Below are positions 19,735-29,739 of a stretch of DNA of 42,352 nucleotides, piece after piece. Position 1 is the first letter of the stretch. Every line of letters begins with the position of its first letter. A model generated the notes under the pieces. That model was not told where the DNA came from. It worked only from the letters and a program-made list of their open reading frames with translations, and ran no database searches. Source of the stretch: Chrysochromulina tobinii (Eukaryota); the NCBI GenBank assembly GCA_001275005.1, contig JWZX01003022.1:1-42352 (forward strand). The letters run 5' to 3'. The translations under genes and the position numbers were made by a program.

Positions 19735-22700
19735 ATGCTCGCAAGCACGCTTGCTCTGATGGTCGCTCTTGCGCTCGGTGCCCGCACGCCCGGCGAGGTT
19801 GCGCACTACCGCTTTTACCAACACGAGTGCAATGCTGGGTCCGTCGCGGAGGCGCGGCGCGCCTCCGCATCGTCGCGAGTGCTCAACGTAAACCAGAGTG
19901 CGGGTGCCACGTGCCTCGAGCTCCAGCAAGGAGTTAGCCTCGAGAACAAGTGCGTGCGTGACTACACGACCACTCCCAACTGTACGTTCTCGCCGCTCGT
20001 CTCGAGCTCCGTCGGCTCGCGCCCCGACTTCGCCGCGGAGATAGGGTCGGGCTTCACCATCGAGGCGTGGCTTGCCGCCGACCCGCGGCCGCTGCCAGAG
20101 GCAAACGCGCATCGCGTCATCGTCTCGCTCGCAGACAAGGCGCCCACTGCTGACGAGCCTGACACGCTCGATCGCTGCAAGGTTGTGCAGAGCTCCTCCG
20201 ACTCGAGCACGCCCATCAGTTTCGAGCTCCTGCAGATGGGCGAGGGCTGCGTCTCGATCAAGTTCAAGTACCGCAAGAGCGGGGACGCGAGCACAAGCCC
20301 ATGCGTGATGTTGCCCGCGGACGACACCGGCTTGCTGGCCGGAGGGTGCGGGGTCGCCGATCGGCTCAACATGAGCACGCTAGGCGCGGGCTCCCAGCAG
20401 CATCTCGTTGTGTCGATCAACGGCGAGAATCCCACGGTGAGTGGACAGCCAGCGCTGCCGCGCTTCGCGACGTACATCGATGGTGTGCGCGTGGTCGACT
20501 CGGAGACGTCAGACAGCAACGATGCGCGCAGCTATAAGACCGGCCTGGCCATGCAGTTCTTGCCCAGCGGCACGCGCTTCAACTTCTCGGCTGTGTGGAG
20601 CCCGCGTCACGTGCTGCGCATCGGCACTGATGGGCTCGGGGGCAAGCGGCACGTCTCGAGTGGGAATCGGTTCCTCGGCGACTTCTACGCATGGGGTGGG
20701 CGACTGCACGGGCTCCACTGGTATGGCCGCGCGCTCAACGCGAGCGAGGTACACGCCAACTACGCTGCCGGCCCCGACAACTCCTACCCACGCGCGCAGG
20801 CTGTGAGCTTCGCAGTGCTCGAGGACACGTGCACGCAGCTCCCTGACCTTCGAGCCCACATCCGCGACTACGATGTCGACACGCTCGGTCGGCCGCAGAC
20901 TTTGACGGCGGCACTCGCCGGCACGCGTGCACCTGCGCGGGGCGCCCTCTACTCCGATGTCGGCTGCACTCAGCCTCTTGGAGCGGCAGATGACCTTCCG
21001 GGCGTGTACTTCCGAGCGGTCGCCAACGAGTTCTCGGCACCGCTCGGTGCGCCCTTTGCGTCGCCGCTCGTGCCGGGAAGCACAACCTACACGATCCTCG
21101 CGTGGGAGGCACGCGATGGGGCGGGCGGCACCGCCCTTGGCAATCTGAGCATCGAGGTCGTCGCCGTCAACGATGAACCGGTCGCGCTGCCGGGCGTCGC
21201 CGAGGCCTACATGAGCGTACTTCAAACGCTCGTGATGAACGCGTCAGATGTTGACCACGTATGTGCACCGGGTGCGGGCGCACAGGGCGTGTGCATGGTG
21301 CGCATCACGCAACCGCCAATGCAGGGCACCCTCTTCACACTCGATGGCACGCCGATCGCCGGGCTTGCCGTGCCCTCGCTTACGATGCCCTCGGCCGTCC
21401 TCAACCGGACACTGCTCTACCGCTCGCGCACCTTCCCGCGCGACTGCTCCAACGGCTGCCCACGTCAGGTGGGCACCGACTCGTTTCGATTCGAGGTGCT
21501 TGATCCGACGGGCGCCGTCTCAAGCGCATCGGCGCCCTTTGAGCTCGTGATCGTCGGCGGGCTCGAGGCGCGTTCAACCAGCCTGAGCCCCGCAGCGCGG
21601 GAGGAGGCGCCCGCAGTGCTCACGCTGCGCGCGATCAACCGGTGCACTGATGGACCCGGATGGACTCTGGATTGAATACAACTGACTATGATAGACTTTG
21701 ATGATCTCTGCGTCACGCTGAGTGTCACTGATTGTCACTGATTGCCGTACAGATACCGCCACGTGGCCGACCCGCGCCTCGCGACCAGCTGGTTCCAAAT
21801 CGAGACGCTGCCCGCGCACGGCGCCCTCTATCAGCACACGCCCGAAGTTGCCATCGCCATCGGGCGCGTCGACGGTCTCGTCTGCGGCGCGCATGTGCTC
21901 ACCACGGCGGGTCAGCAGTGCGTGTCCGAGGTGCTGAGCGCGCTCGAGCCGTTACGCATCACGTCGCGCGGCACCAACGTGAGCGACGGCAACATGACCT
22001 GCGCCGACGACGCCGACTGGTACTGCGCGCGAGTCGTCTACTGGGGGGCGCGCGACTTCTTCTCTCACCCGAGCGTCAACAGGTACTCGGGTGAGGCGCT
22101 CAATGTGAGCGACGACTCGGTGGCCTTCGTTCTGCGCTCGGCAGTGGAACAGTCGGCTGCGCAGGTGACGGTGCGCGTCGTCAATGTCAACGACCCGCCA
22201 TGCCTCGTCTCGCCGGGAAACATGACATTCACGCCCTCCTTGTCGGGCTCAACGAACCTCAAGGCCGTCGGGCGTGGCCTGCAGATCATCGACCCCGATT
22301 TGGGCATAGGGTACTGGATGGTGAACCTGCAGGTGCATCACGGCCGCTTTGCATCGGTGCGCCACGGCAACGTGCTCAACCCGGCGCGCTACGACGAATG
22401 GCAGGGCTACCTGCCCATCGTAGCGCACGAGCACCTCTCCTACTGCCCCGTCGACGGCTTTCGCCTATGTTCGTGGAGTGGGTATTGCGACGATACGACA
22501 TGCATTACGGGCGCGGGCGACGCCGGCGACGCGTCCAACGTGCGCGTGTTTCAGGTGCTGCCACGCCGAACGTGACCGGATTACCATCTGCTCGCGATCT
22601 GATTGCATGTGATTACCATCTGATGGCCATCAGCGTATTGCAGGTGTTTGCCACGCCGTACGCGACCAGGCTCCTTCTTCGCGACGTGCTCTACCGCGGC

Positions 22701-24416
22701 GACAACGTGCCCGACATGCTGACCGTCACCATCCGAGACTTTGATGACCAAATGATCAGCGGCCAATACGTCGACGCGACCGGCACGATCACGGGCACCG
22801 TGGGCCGACGCTATGGGCCGGCGCAGGGGGGAGTCAACAGGCTGCCCGACGTGGTGGCTCGCATCGACCTGACGCCTTCGGGCGGCTGCAACTCCTTCAT
22901 CGCCAGTCAGTGCGGCGACGAGGGCGTGGGCATCGTGCAGCTCGCCTCGTGCCGTGGGCTGACGACTACCCTCTACGGCGGCGCGATTGTCGTGTTGGCC
23001 GTCCTCATGTGGGCCATCGCGTGCTGCCGGCAGCGCGGGCGCACCTCGCTCCGTGACCGGCGCGGCCGGCGCAAGCGCTCGCATGAGCTTGCGCCCTCAG
23101 ACATGCGCTGCTGGGTGCCCGCGCTCGCCACCCTCAGCCTCTTGATCACTCTCCTCGGCTTCATGATCCGCTCGGCAAATAGCTTGCACACGCTTTACCG
23201 GCTCGACTTCGTCGCGGACGGCTTTTGCGGCATCAATGCTTCCACGCACGTCCCAGACAACCGTGCTCCGCTGATCGTGCCCGAGACGCGGCTCGAGTTC
23301 GTCAACGGCGTCAACGTCACCGTCGCGACGAACCGGACCATCCAGTATCCGCAGTATAACAACTTTGGTTGCACGGGAGGCGTGCCAGAGGGCTCGTTTC
23401 TCAACAGTATGGGCCGCATGCTCGGCGATGCGCTTGTGCTGGGCACGCTGGGCAACGTCGCCATCATCGAGGCGAGCGGTCGCGTCGGCCATGGGCGCAA
23501 GCTTGCCGCCGCCGCCGCCGGCTTTCTGATCATCTACGTCGTGATCAAGTTTGGCCTCTGGGAGGCGTGGGACGCGCAGTGGCCCGAGTCATCCGCGTGC
23601 CCAGACTGTCCGAATTTCGAGGTGTGCGTCGGCGGCACGCTCGTCCAACTGTCGGACGGGCGACACGAGTGCGTCGGCGGAGAGCACAGGGTGGGCAGGT
23701 GCCTGAACGACATTCGGCCCGATCAAGGGAACATGGTGGGGATGATCCTGCCAGCTCTGCTCGTGCCGTCGATGCTGGTGCTCATGATGCTCTGTGCGTG
23801 CGGGCTGCGCGATCGCAACCGTGCTGCTAAGGACGATGCTTCGGAGGGCGACACGAGCGACGACGAGCGGCGGCGGCGGCACCCCTCTCGCAAGGACCGC
23901 TCCCGCTCGGGCAAGGGGCATGCCCGGGACCGCGACCGCGACGGCGACCGCGATCCGGACCGGGACCGGGACCGTAATTGCAACCACGGCTGTGACCATG
24001 ATCGTCATCGTGAACGTTCGCGACGTCTCGCTGACCCGACGACGCGAACGCCCAAGAGGTGGCGTGGTGAAACGCATGCAATGGAGGTGCTGCCGCACCC
24101 GCCGGATCGCCTAAAGCCGGCCAGCCCCGGCAACGTACCGCACCCGTCGAAGCCCGCCCACCCCGACAATGTGCCGTGCCCTGCCAAGATGCGGCGCGTA
24201 GATTTGCATACTGTGCAGGTGCAGCCGCACCCGCCGGAGCGTCCCAAGCCGGCCCGCCCAACCGACGTGCCGCGATTGGCCAACGCGAGCATAGGACTCG
24301 AACCGAAGCCCAAGCCGCCTAGCCACCCGCACCCGAGCGAGGCCGAGCTCGCTCGGCAGGGCTCGGCGCCCGAGGTGATGCAATCGGGCCTCCGCCTGGT
24401 GACAAATAGCGTTTAA
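19735..24416 (+). CDS. Secreted-type membrane protein: signal peptide, LamG/ConA-like domain, cadherin/Big_9-like repeats, several TM helices, Arg/Asp- and Pro-rich tail (3 exons)
   Basis: Exons 19735-21641, 21753-22554, 22644-24416 in frame. Signal peptide MLASTLALMVALALGA; LamG-like FTIEAW, HLVVS, YIDG and YGRALNASEV; cadherin-like VVAVNDEPVA, DSFRFEVLD and VVNVNDPP. Confidence 0.75.
21642..21752 (+). other. GT-AG intron (111 bp) with decayed 10-bp repeats
   Basis: CTGATGGACC...GTCACTGATT x2...GTACAG; phase 2, restores INRYRHVAD. Confidence 0.75.
22555..22643 (+). other. GT-AG intron (89 bp) built from a decayed exon duplication plus repeat filler
   Basis: 5' end GTGCTGCCACGCCGAACGTGACC versus next exon GTGTTTGCCACGCCGTACGCGACC; 3' end GCGTATTGCAG versus previous exon GCGTGTTTCAG; filler CTGATTGC and CTGATGGCC. 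Confidence 0.8.
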
Positions 24417-24888
24417 CCCGGAGAAACAACCGCAATTCGCGGGTTGCGGGCTCATTGCTCATTGGCGTTCAAGCATGCGATCAAGACAGTGTGGTGGCCA
24501 GAGATGTAGCGTTGGGCTAGTCGTGTTGTCTGTTGAGGTTGTGGGAGGTGTAGCCAAGCGCGTTTCACATATTGATATTCAGCTGAAGGAATGTATGAAA
24601 ACGCTTCAGCTGTCATTGTCATACCGCTACAGCTCCCGGCTGTACCTCCAAAGCTCCGCTCGGCTGCACTCGTCCGCTCATCGCGTAACGCTCTTCACTC
24701 AGTTGGAAATCAGGATACTTGGTTGGTGTGCAAATCGAAATCCCGGGATTTTTTTAAATCCACCTCGCGCCCCTCCCTCTGCCACTTTGGGTAAAGGACT
24801 TTGGAAGTTAAAGTTTGTAAAGGGACTCGCTGAACAGCCAGAATGGCGAATACGCTTGAGCAAGCGCGCGCGAGACCTGCCTGTGTGC

Positions 24889-25644
24889 CTACTCCGGCGT
24901 CGCAGCGGCGGCGGTCCGCGCCGCACCGCCGCCGCTGCTCGCGGCATCGCTGGTCATTGCAGCGGCGGCCGTCTTCGGAGCGCCACCCGTGCTTACCCGC
25001 CTGGCGGGGCCCGTCGACCGGCGCCGCTGTTGCTGTGCACGCAGCTCGTCTGCGAGGCTCTCGGCGAACTGCACCGAGCGTATGCGACGCATAGCCGCTG
25101 CTGCCCACTCGGGCGTCAAACCGCGTGCCACACCGGGCGTGCCTGCGCCTGCGCCTGCGCCCTGCGCGCCCGCGCCGCCCGTGCCCACGCCGCCCGCCGC
25201 AGCAGCGCTAATGCACGCCGGTGCCTTCTGCTCCCGTAGTTGCAGCAAGATCACCTCGAGCTCCGTGCTCAGCTCCGCGCGGTTCACGAGTGCCTCGGTC
25301 AGCAGCTGCACATGCCGCCGAGATTGCTGCAACTGCGCCTCGAGCCAAAAGGAGGCCGGAAGCAGTGGCGACGCCTTGCTAATGGCCTCCGCGCTCTGCG
25401 GCGCGTCAGCGGCGAGCAGTGGCAGCAACTGCTGGCGGACCTCGGCCAGCTCACGCCGGAGCTGCACATTGTCAGCCTCAAGCAAGCGCATTGCCGAGGA
25501 GGAGGCGCCGGAAGACGATGCGGCGGCGGCCGCGCCACGCGACGCGGCCTGTGCGAGCGCACCGATGTCTCCGCGCGATGCGGCCTGCACGAGAGACGGC
25601 TTGGGCGCTGCGGCGCCTGGCGCTGCGGCGCGAGCTCGCATCAT
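24889..25644 (-). CDS. Hypothetical coiled-coil protein
   Basis: 251-aa ATG-stop ORF with heptad-like segments (LEADNVQLRRELAEVRQQL, LEAQLQQSRRHVQLLTEAL); divergent from the neighbouring gene. Confidence 0.6.
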   Translation of the reverse strand: MMRARAAAPGAAAPKPSLVQAASRGDIGALAQAASRGAAAAASSSGASSSAMRLLEADNVQLRRELAEVRQQLLPLLAADAPQSAEAISKASPLLPASFWLEAQLQQSRRHVQLLTEALVNRAELSTELEVILLQLREQKAPACISAAAAGGVGTGGAGAQGAGAGAGTPGVARGLTPEWAAAAMRRIRSVQFAESLADELRAQQQRRRSTGPARRVSTGGAPKTAAAAMTSDAASSGGGAARTAAAATPE

Positions 25645-25789
25645 TCGGTGCGGGTCGGCTTCGCGGCGAAAGACTGTGGCGAAAGTGCTCGTAACGTCGA
25701 TACATTTGCGTTCCTACCAATTGGCAAACCCACCCGGGCCGGACTGCATGGCGTGTGAATAACCGCGACGGGCGGGTAATTTTCCCAAC

Positions 25790-28150
25790 ATGGCCTCCGC
25801 CGCGGCCGCCGTCGCGGCCGCCGACTCGTTCGATGACTTGCCCTCGAAGGAGGACATCAAGAAGGAGTTCTACGGCCTGCTCGAAGGCGTCGGCAAGTTG
25901 CTCGATTACACCTACGTCGAGACGGACGAGACCATCGGCCCGCAGGTGGGCAAGTTTGAGCAGGCGGAGCGGCAGCTGCAGGTCATCGGCCGGGAGCTCA
26001 CGCGGCTGCGCGACGCGACGAGCGCAACGCACGCGGCGCACGTGGAGCTCGCGCAGCTGTGCGAGGGCGGATCTGGCGTCCCGGGCATGCGCACGTTCGG
26101 AGAGCGCCAGGAGGCGCAAGCGCGTCTCTCGCAGTCGCTCGCAGCGAGCTACGACCGCTTCGTGAGCATCTCGGTGAACCAGCTCGAGGGCCTCGCGGGC
26201 GTCGTCGCCAACAAGTACAAGGCCTACTGCAGCAAGGTCATTGAGATGCGACGGCGCAAGGAGCAGCTGCAGCTGCTCGTGAAGCAGCGCGAGCGCTCCG
26301 AGTTGCGTACGCTCGAGCGCTCGCTCATCCCGGCGGCGTCGAGAACGTTCCGGGCGGACATGGAGGGCGTGCTGTTCAAGATGTCGCCGCTCACCAAGAT
26401 CTGGTGGTCGTGCTACGCGCGCCTCGACCGGCGGCAGAAGGTTCTCATCTTCACGAATCGAAAAGACGAGCCTCCTTCCGCTGCGAGCAAGGCGGTCGCT
26501 CTGAGCAAGTATGTGCTCTGCCATGAGCTGCCCGAGCACCACGCGAAGCGCGCGGCGGCCTTTGAGATCGTGCCGCTCCAGACCGAGCTCCCCTTCATCA
26601 CGCTCAGTGCGGACGGGACTCTCGAGGCGCGTCGTTGGGTCTGTGCGCTTCAGGAGGCGATGGACCGCAAGTTGTCCGAGGCCGACGAGGCGCCTCCTCT
26701 GCCCTCTGATGCCGTGTACGCGGCCGAAGCGGCCGATGCGGCCGAGGTACCCTCGCCGATGCCACCGATGCCGGTGGCCAGCACGAGGGGGCCCGAGGTC
26801 GCCCCCTCGCCGCTCAAGCCTCTGGCGGACAAGTTCGATCAACTCGTCGACTTCTCCTCGTCCAAGCTCGACGAGCTCGACAGGCACTTTAGCGGCACGC
26901 TCGCCGAGCAGTCGAAGAGGACGTCGGTGCAGCTCGCCGCGCTCGCCGACGAGCGGCGCGTCGCGGGCGAGCAGTTCCTCACCTCCCTCGACGAGTTCTC
27001 CAGCGCGATGGCTCAGCAGATGGCCGATGAGCTCATCCGTATAGCGGAGGCTCAGCTCACATACCATTCGGCGATGGTGGCGCACCTGCAGCAGCTGACA
27101 GCCTCTCTCAAGACTCGGCGGGCGGACGATGCGAGCGCGGCGGAGGCGAGCGGCGGCAGCAGCAGCAGTCGCGTCGTCGCGGCTCCTGCTGCTGCTGCTG
27201 CTGCTGCTCCTCCTGCTGCTGCTGCTCCCTCTGCTGCGGCACCGCAGCGTGAGCGGCGGTTCAGCGTCGACAACCCTCCGCCGCCGCCGCCAAAGGCGCC
27301 GACGACGCCGGCACCGATGCCGGCACCACCGCCGCCGACGACGCCGGCGACGACGACGACAAAGCCGCCAACGACGACGGCGACGACGCCCGCAGTGGGC
27401 GCGTCGTTACCTGCGCCCGCGGCAGCGCCCGTTGCAGCCGCGACGGGTTTGGGCGCGCTTGGCCCTGCCTGGACGCGTGGCGAGCTCGAGCGGCCTGCGG
27501 GGGAGAAGGATATGGGTGGCTGGAAGGCGGCGGTGTACACGGAGGAGCAGCAGGTGCGCCTTGGGATCGACGCCGAGGGCCACCCCGCTCCTCAGGCAGA
27601 CTCATTGACGAACCCCGCTCCTCAGGCAGAGCGCTCATTGACGAATCCCGCTCCGAAGCCTGAGAGCTCGACTGTTGACGAAGCTGACGAAACTGACGAG
27701 CCCGCTCTTCAGCCAGAGAGCTCGACGGCCGACGTCGTCGTCGATGACGATGGAGCTCAGTCTGAGGCGGAAGATGAGATCGTTGGCGACGATGACGGCG
27801 CCGCCGCAGCGCCTGCAACCTCCCCGGAAGATGAGATCGTTGGCGACGATGACGGCGCCACCGCAGCGCCTGCGCCCCACCCGAGCTTTCCCAGAGGATG
27901 GTCGGGGGATGCAAGCTTCGGGTCGGTGGGGGATGCGAGCTTCGGGTCGGTGGGGGATGCGGGCTTCGACGACACGGGCGACGACGCGGGCTTTGGTGCC
28001 TTTGATGCCGCCCCGTCAGCACCGCCCGCAGAGGGTGAGCAGATGCCCTCCTCGAGTGTGTCGCTGTCGTCGGCGGTCGTGGCGGACGATCCTGAGGTCG
28101 TCGACGGCGACGTGGACGACACCGAGCAGCCCGATGAGATCGTCGACTAG
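25790..28150 (+). CDS. PH-domain protein with flanking BAR-like helices and a Pro/Thr and acidic repeat tail
   Basis: 786-aa ORF. PH signature MEGVLFKMS...WWSCYARL...FEIV...LSADGTLEARRWVCALQEAM; long helical segments on both sides; tandem repeats in 27580-27970. Confidence 0.75.
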   Translation: MASAAAAVAAADSFDDLPSKEDIKKEFYGLLEGVGKLLDYTYVETDETIGPQVGKFEQAERQLQVIGRELTRLRDATSATHAAHVELAQLCEGGSGVPGMRTFGERQEAQARLSQSLAASYDRFVSISVNQLEGLAGVVANKYKAYCSKVIEMRRRKEQLQLLVKQRERSELRTLERSLIPAASRTFRADMEGVLFKMSPLTKIWWSCYARLDRRQKVLIFTNRKDEPPSAASKAVALSKYVLCHELPEHHAKRAAAFEIVPLQTELPFITLSADGTLEARRWVCALQEAMDRKLSEADEAPPLPSDAVYAAEAADAAEVPSPMPPMPVASTRGPEVAPSPLKPLADKFDQLVDFSSSKLDELDRHFSGTLAEQSKRTSVQLAALADERRVAGEQFLTSLDEFSSAMAQQMADELIRIAEAQLTYHSAMVAHLQQLTASLKTRRADDASAAEASGGSSSSRVVAAPAAAAAAAPPAAAAPSAAAPQRERRFSVDNPPPPPPKAPTTPAPMPAPPPPTTPATTTTKPPTTTATTPAVGASLPAPAAAPVAAATGLGALGPAWTRGELERPAGEKDMGGWKAAVYTEEQQVRLGIDAEGHPAPQADSLTNPAPQAERSLTNPAPKPESSTVDEADETDEPALQPESSTADVVVDDDGAQSEAEDEIVGDDDGAAAAPATSPEDEIVGDDDGATAAPAPHPSFPRGWSGDASFGSVGDASFGSVGDAGFDDTGDDAGFGAFDAAPSAPPAEGEQMPSSSVSLSSAVVADDPEVVDGDVDDTEQPDEIVD

Positions 28151-28669
28151 TCGGGCTTGATTGATTGCTTGCACCGTGCACAGCTCGCTCGTCGACAGGA
28201 ACTTCGGGCGGCGAGTGTGCATGGCGAGGGAACGCGGATCGAGCCATCGTAGACCGTAGATCGGAGAGGGTTGTTACCAGGGTGAAGAGGGGGGTGGGGA
28301 CCGGGTGTGACACACGTACTAGTCTGAATGGAGATATGGCGAGTCGTCCGCCGCGCGCCGCACCCAGCCGGTACCTCACGCAACCAAGATGCCTGTACGA
28401 AAAGTTACGAAACGTGATGTTATACGATACCATTACCGACAATCCCGGACAAGATGGACAAGAACGCTCAACTTCCACACGAAGAAACCGCGGTTTCGTC
28501 AGATTTCTAGTGGCCCCATTTTCACCGACCCCCTTCGCGAACTCGTGCGGTCGACGCGCAAGAGCATAAAAGTCCACACTTCGGCGACGCAGCTTCGGGC
28601 GAAGGAACGGTGCGACGCGCGGAAGGGCACGTCCGTCGACTCCTTATGCGTCCTTCCTTGAGGCTCGTG

Positions 28670-29563
28670 ATGTATTACGCGCTAGGAGCTGCGGCAGGCA
28701 TTCTCCGCTCGCAGATACTCCTATCCACTGGTCTCAAAATGGAATGGCTCAAGTGCGGAGTCCGCACTTCCGTGTCTCCTCCACCCGTAGTATTCATTCA
28801 CGGCACCTTCCACGGCGCGTGGTGCTGGGAGCAGCACTGGCTGGAGCACTTCTCCAAAGCCGGGCTTGAGGCGCATGCCATCTCGCTGCGCGGGACCTCC
28901 GGCTCACCCGCCGATCAGACGTCGGTCAAGATCACCGAGCACGTGGCTGACCTGAAAGCCTTCGTGGCTGAGGCCTTGGGCCCCGGCGCACCACCGCCTG
29001 CGATCGTGGGCCACTCGTTTGCGAGTGCAACCGTGCTCAAGTACCTCGAGGCGGGCGGCGCGGCCTCGGGCATTGCGTTGATCTGCGGCGTGCCACCCTC
29101 TGGCAACGGCCCAATGACCATGCGCTTCGTGCGCCGGAACCTCGGCCAAGCCTGGTCCATCCTTCGTGGCTTCGCTTTCAAGACAGCCACACGGGAGCCT
29201 GACGTCGCTAGAAGGCTCTTCTTCGACGAGGAAACGCCCGCGAGCACCATTGATCCGTTGCTCCCGCGGCTCGCGGCTGACTCCAAGGTGGGGATCAACC
29301 TGCAGCACTTTAACTCAAACTTGCCGAGTAAGGCAACCGGACAGGACGGGCGTGCGTCGTGGCTGGCAGGCGCGGCGCTGGCGCCATCGCTTGTATTGGG
29401 CGCAACGCGGGACTACGTTGTCGATCGCGAAGGCGTCGAAGAGAGCGCCGCGTTTCTGGGCGTTGAGGCGCAGTACTGTGAGCTGCCTCACGATGTCATG
29501 CTGTGTGAGGGATGGGTGGAACCCGCAGAGCGCGTGATTACGTGGGTGCGGGGGTTGTGTTGA
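28670..29563 (+). CDS. Alpha/beta hydrolase
   Basis: VVFIHGTFHGAWCW, nucleophile elbow GHSFA, DYVVD and PHDVML (putative Ser-Asp-His triad). Start codon uncertain. Confidence 0.85.
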   Translation: MYYALGAAAGILRSQILLSTGLKMEWLKCGVRTSVSPPPVVFIHGTFHGAWCWEQHWLEHFSKAGLEAHAISLRGTSGSPADQTSVKITEHVADLKAFVAEALGPGAPPPAIVGHSFASATVLKYLEAGGAASGIALICGVPPSGNGPMTMRFVRRNLGQAWSILRGFAFKTATREPDVARRLFFDEETPASTIDPLLPRLAADSKVGINLQHFNSNLPSKATGQDGRASWLAGAALAPSLVLGATRDYVVDREGVEESAAFLGVEAQYCELPHDVMLCEGWVEPAERVITWVRGLC

Positions 29564-29739
29564 GAAGTATTACAGCACTGTGTAGAGTGTTGCGACCAGG
29601 TTCCTCTTACTTTTTAACACGGTCGCGACGCGGGAAAGTCCCGCTTCCTTGCTGAGTGCCATCACGCGACGCCTTGGTTTTAACAGCGTTTCCAATGAGG
29701 TTGAGTCACAAGCTAGATCCGAGTAAATCCGAGTATCCG

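Noticed and set aside
25478..27085. 535-aa minus-strand ORF (similarly 32086-33189 and 27261-28577)
   Set aside because: Antisense shadows of well-supported plus-strand genes, caused by GC-rich codon usage.
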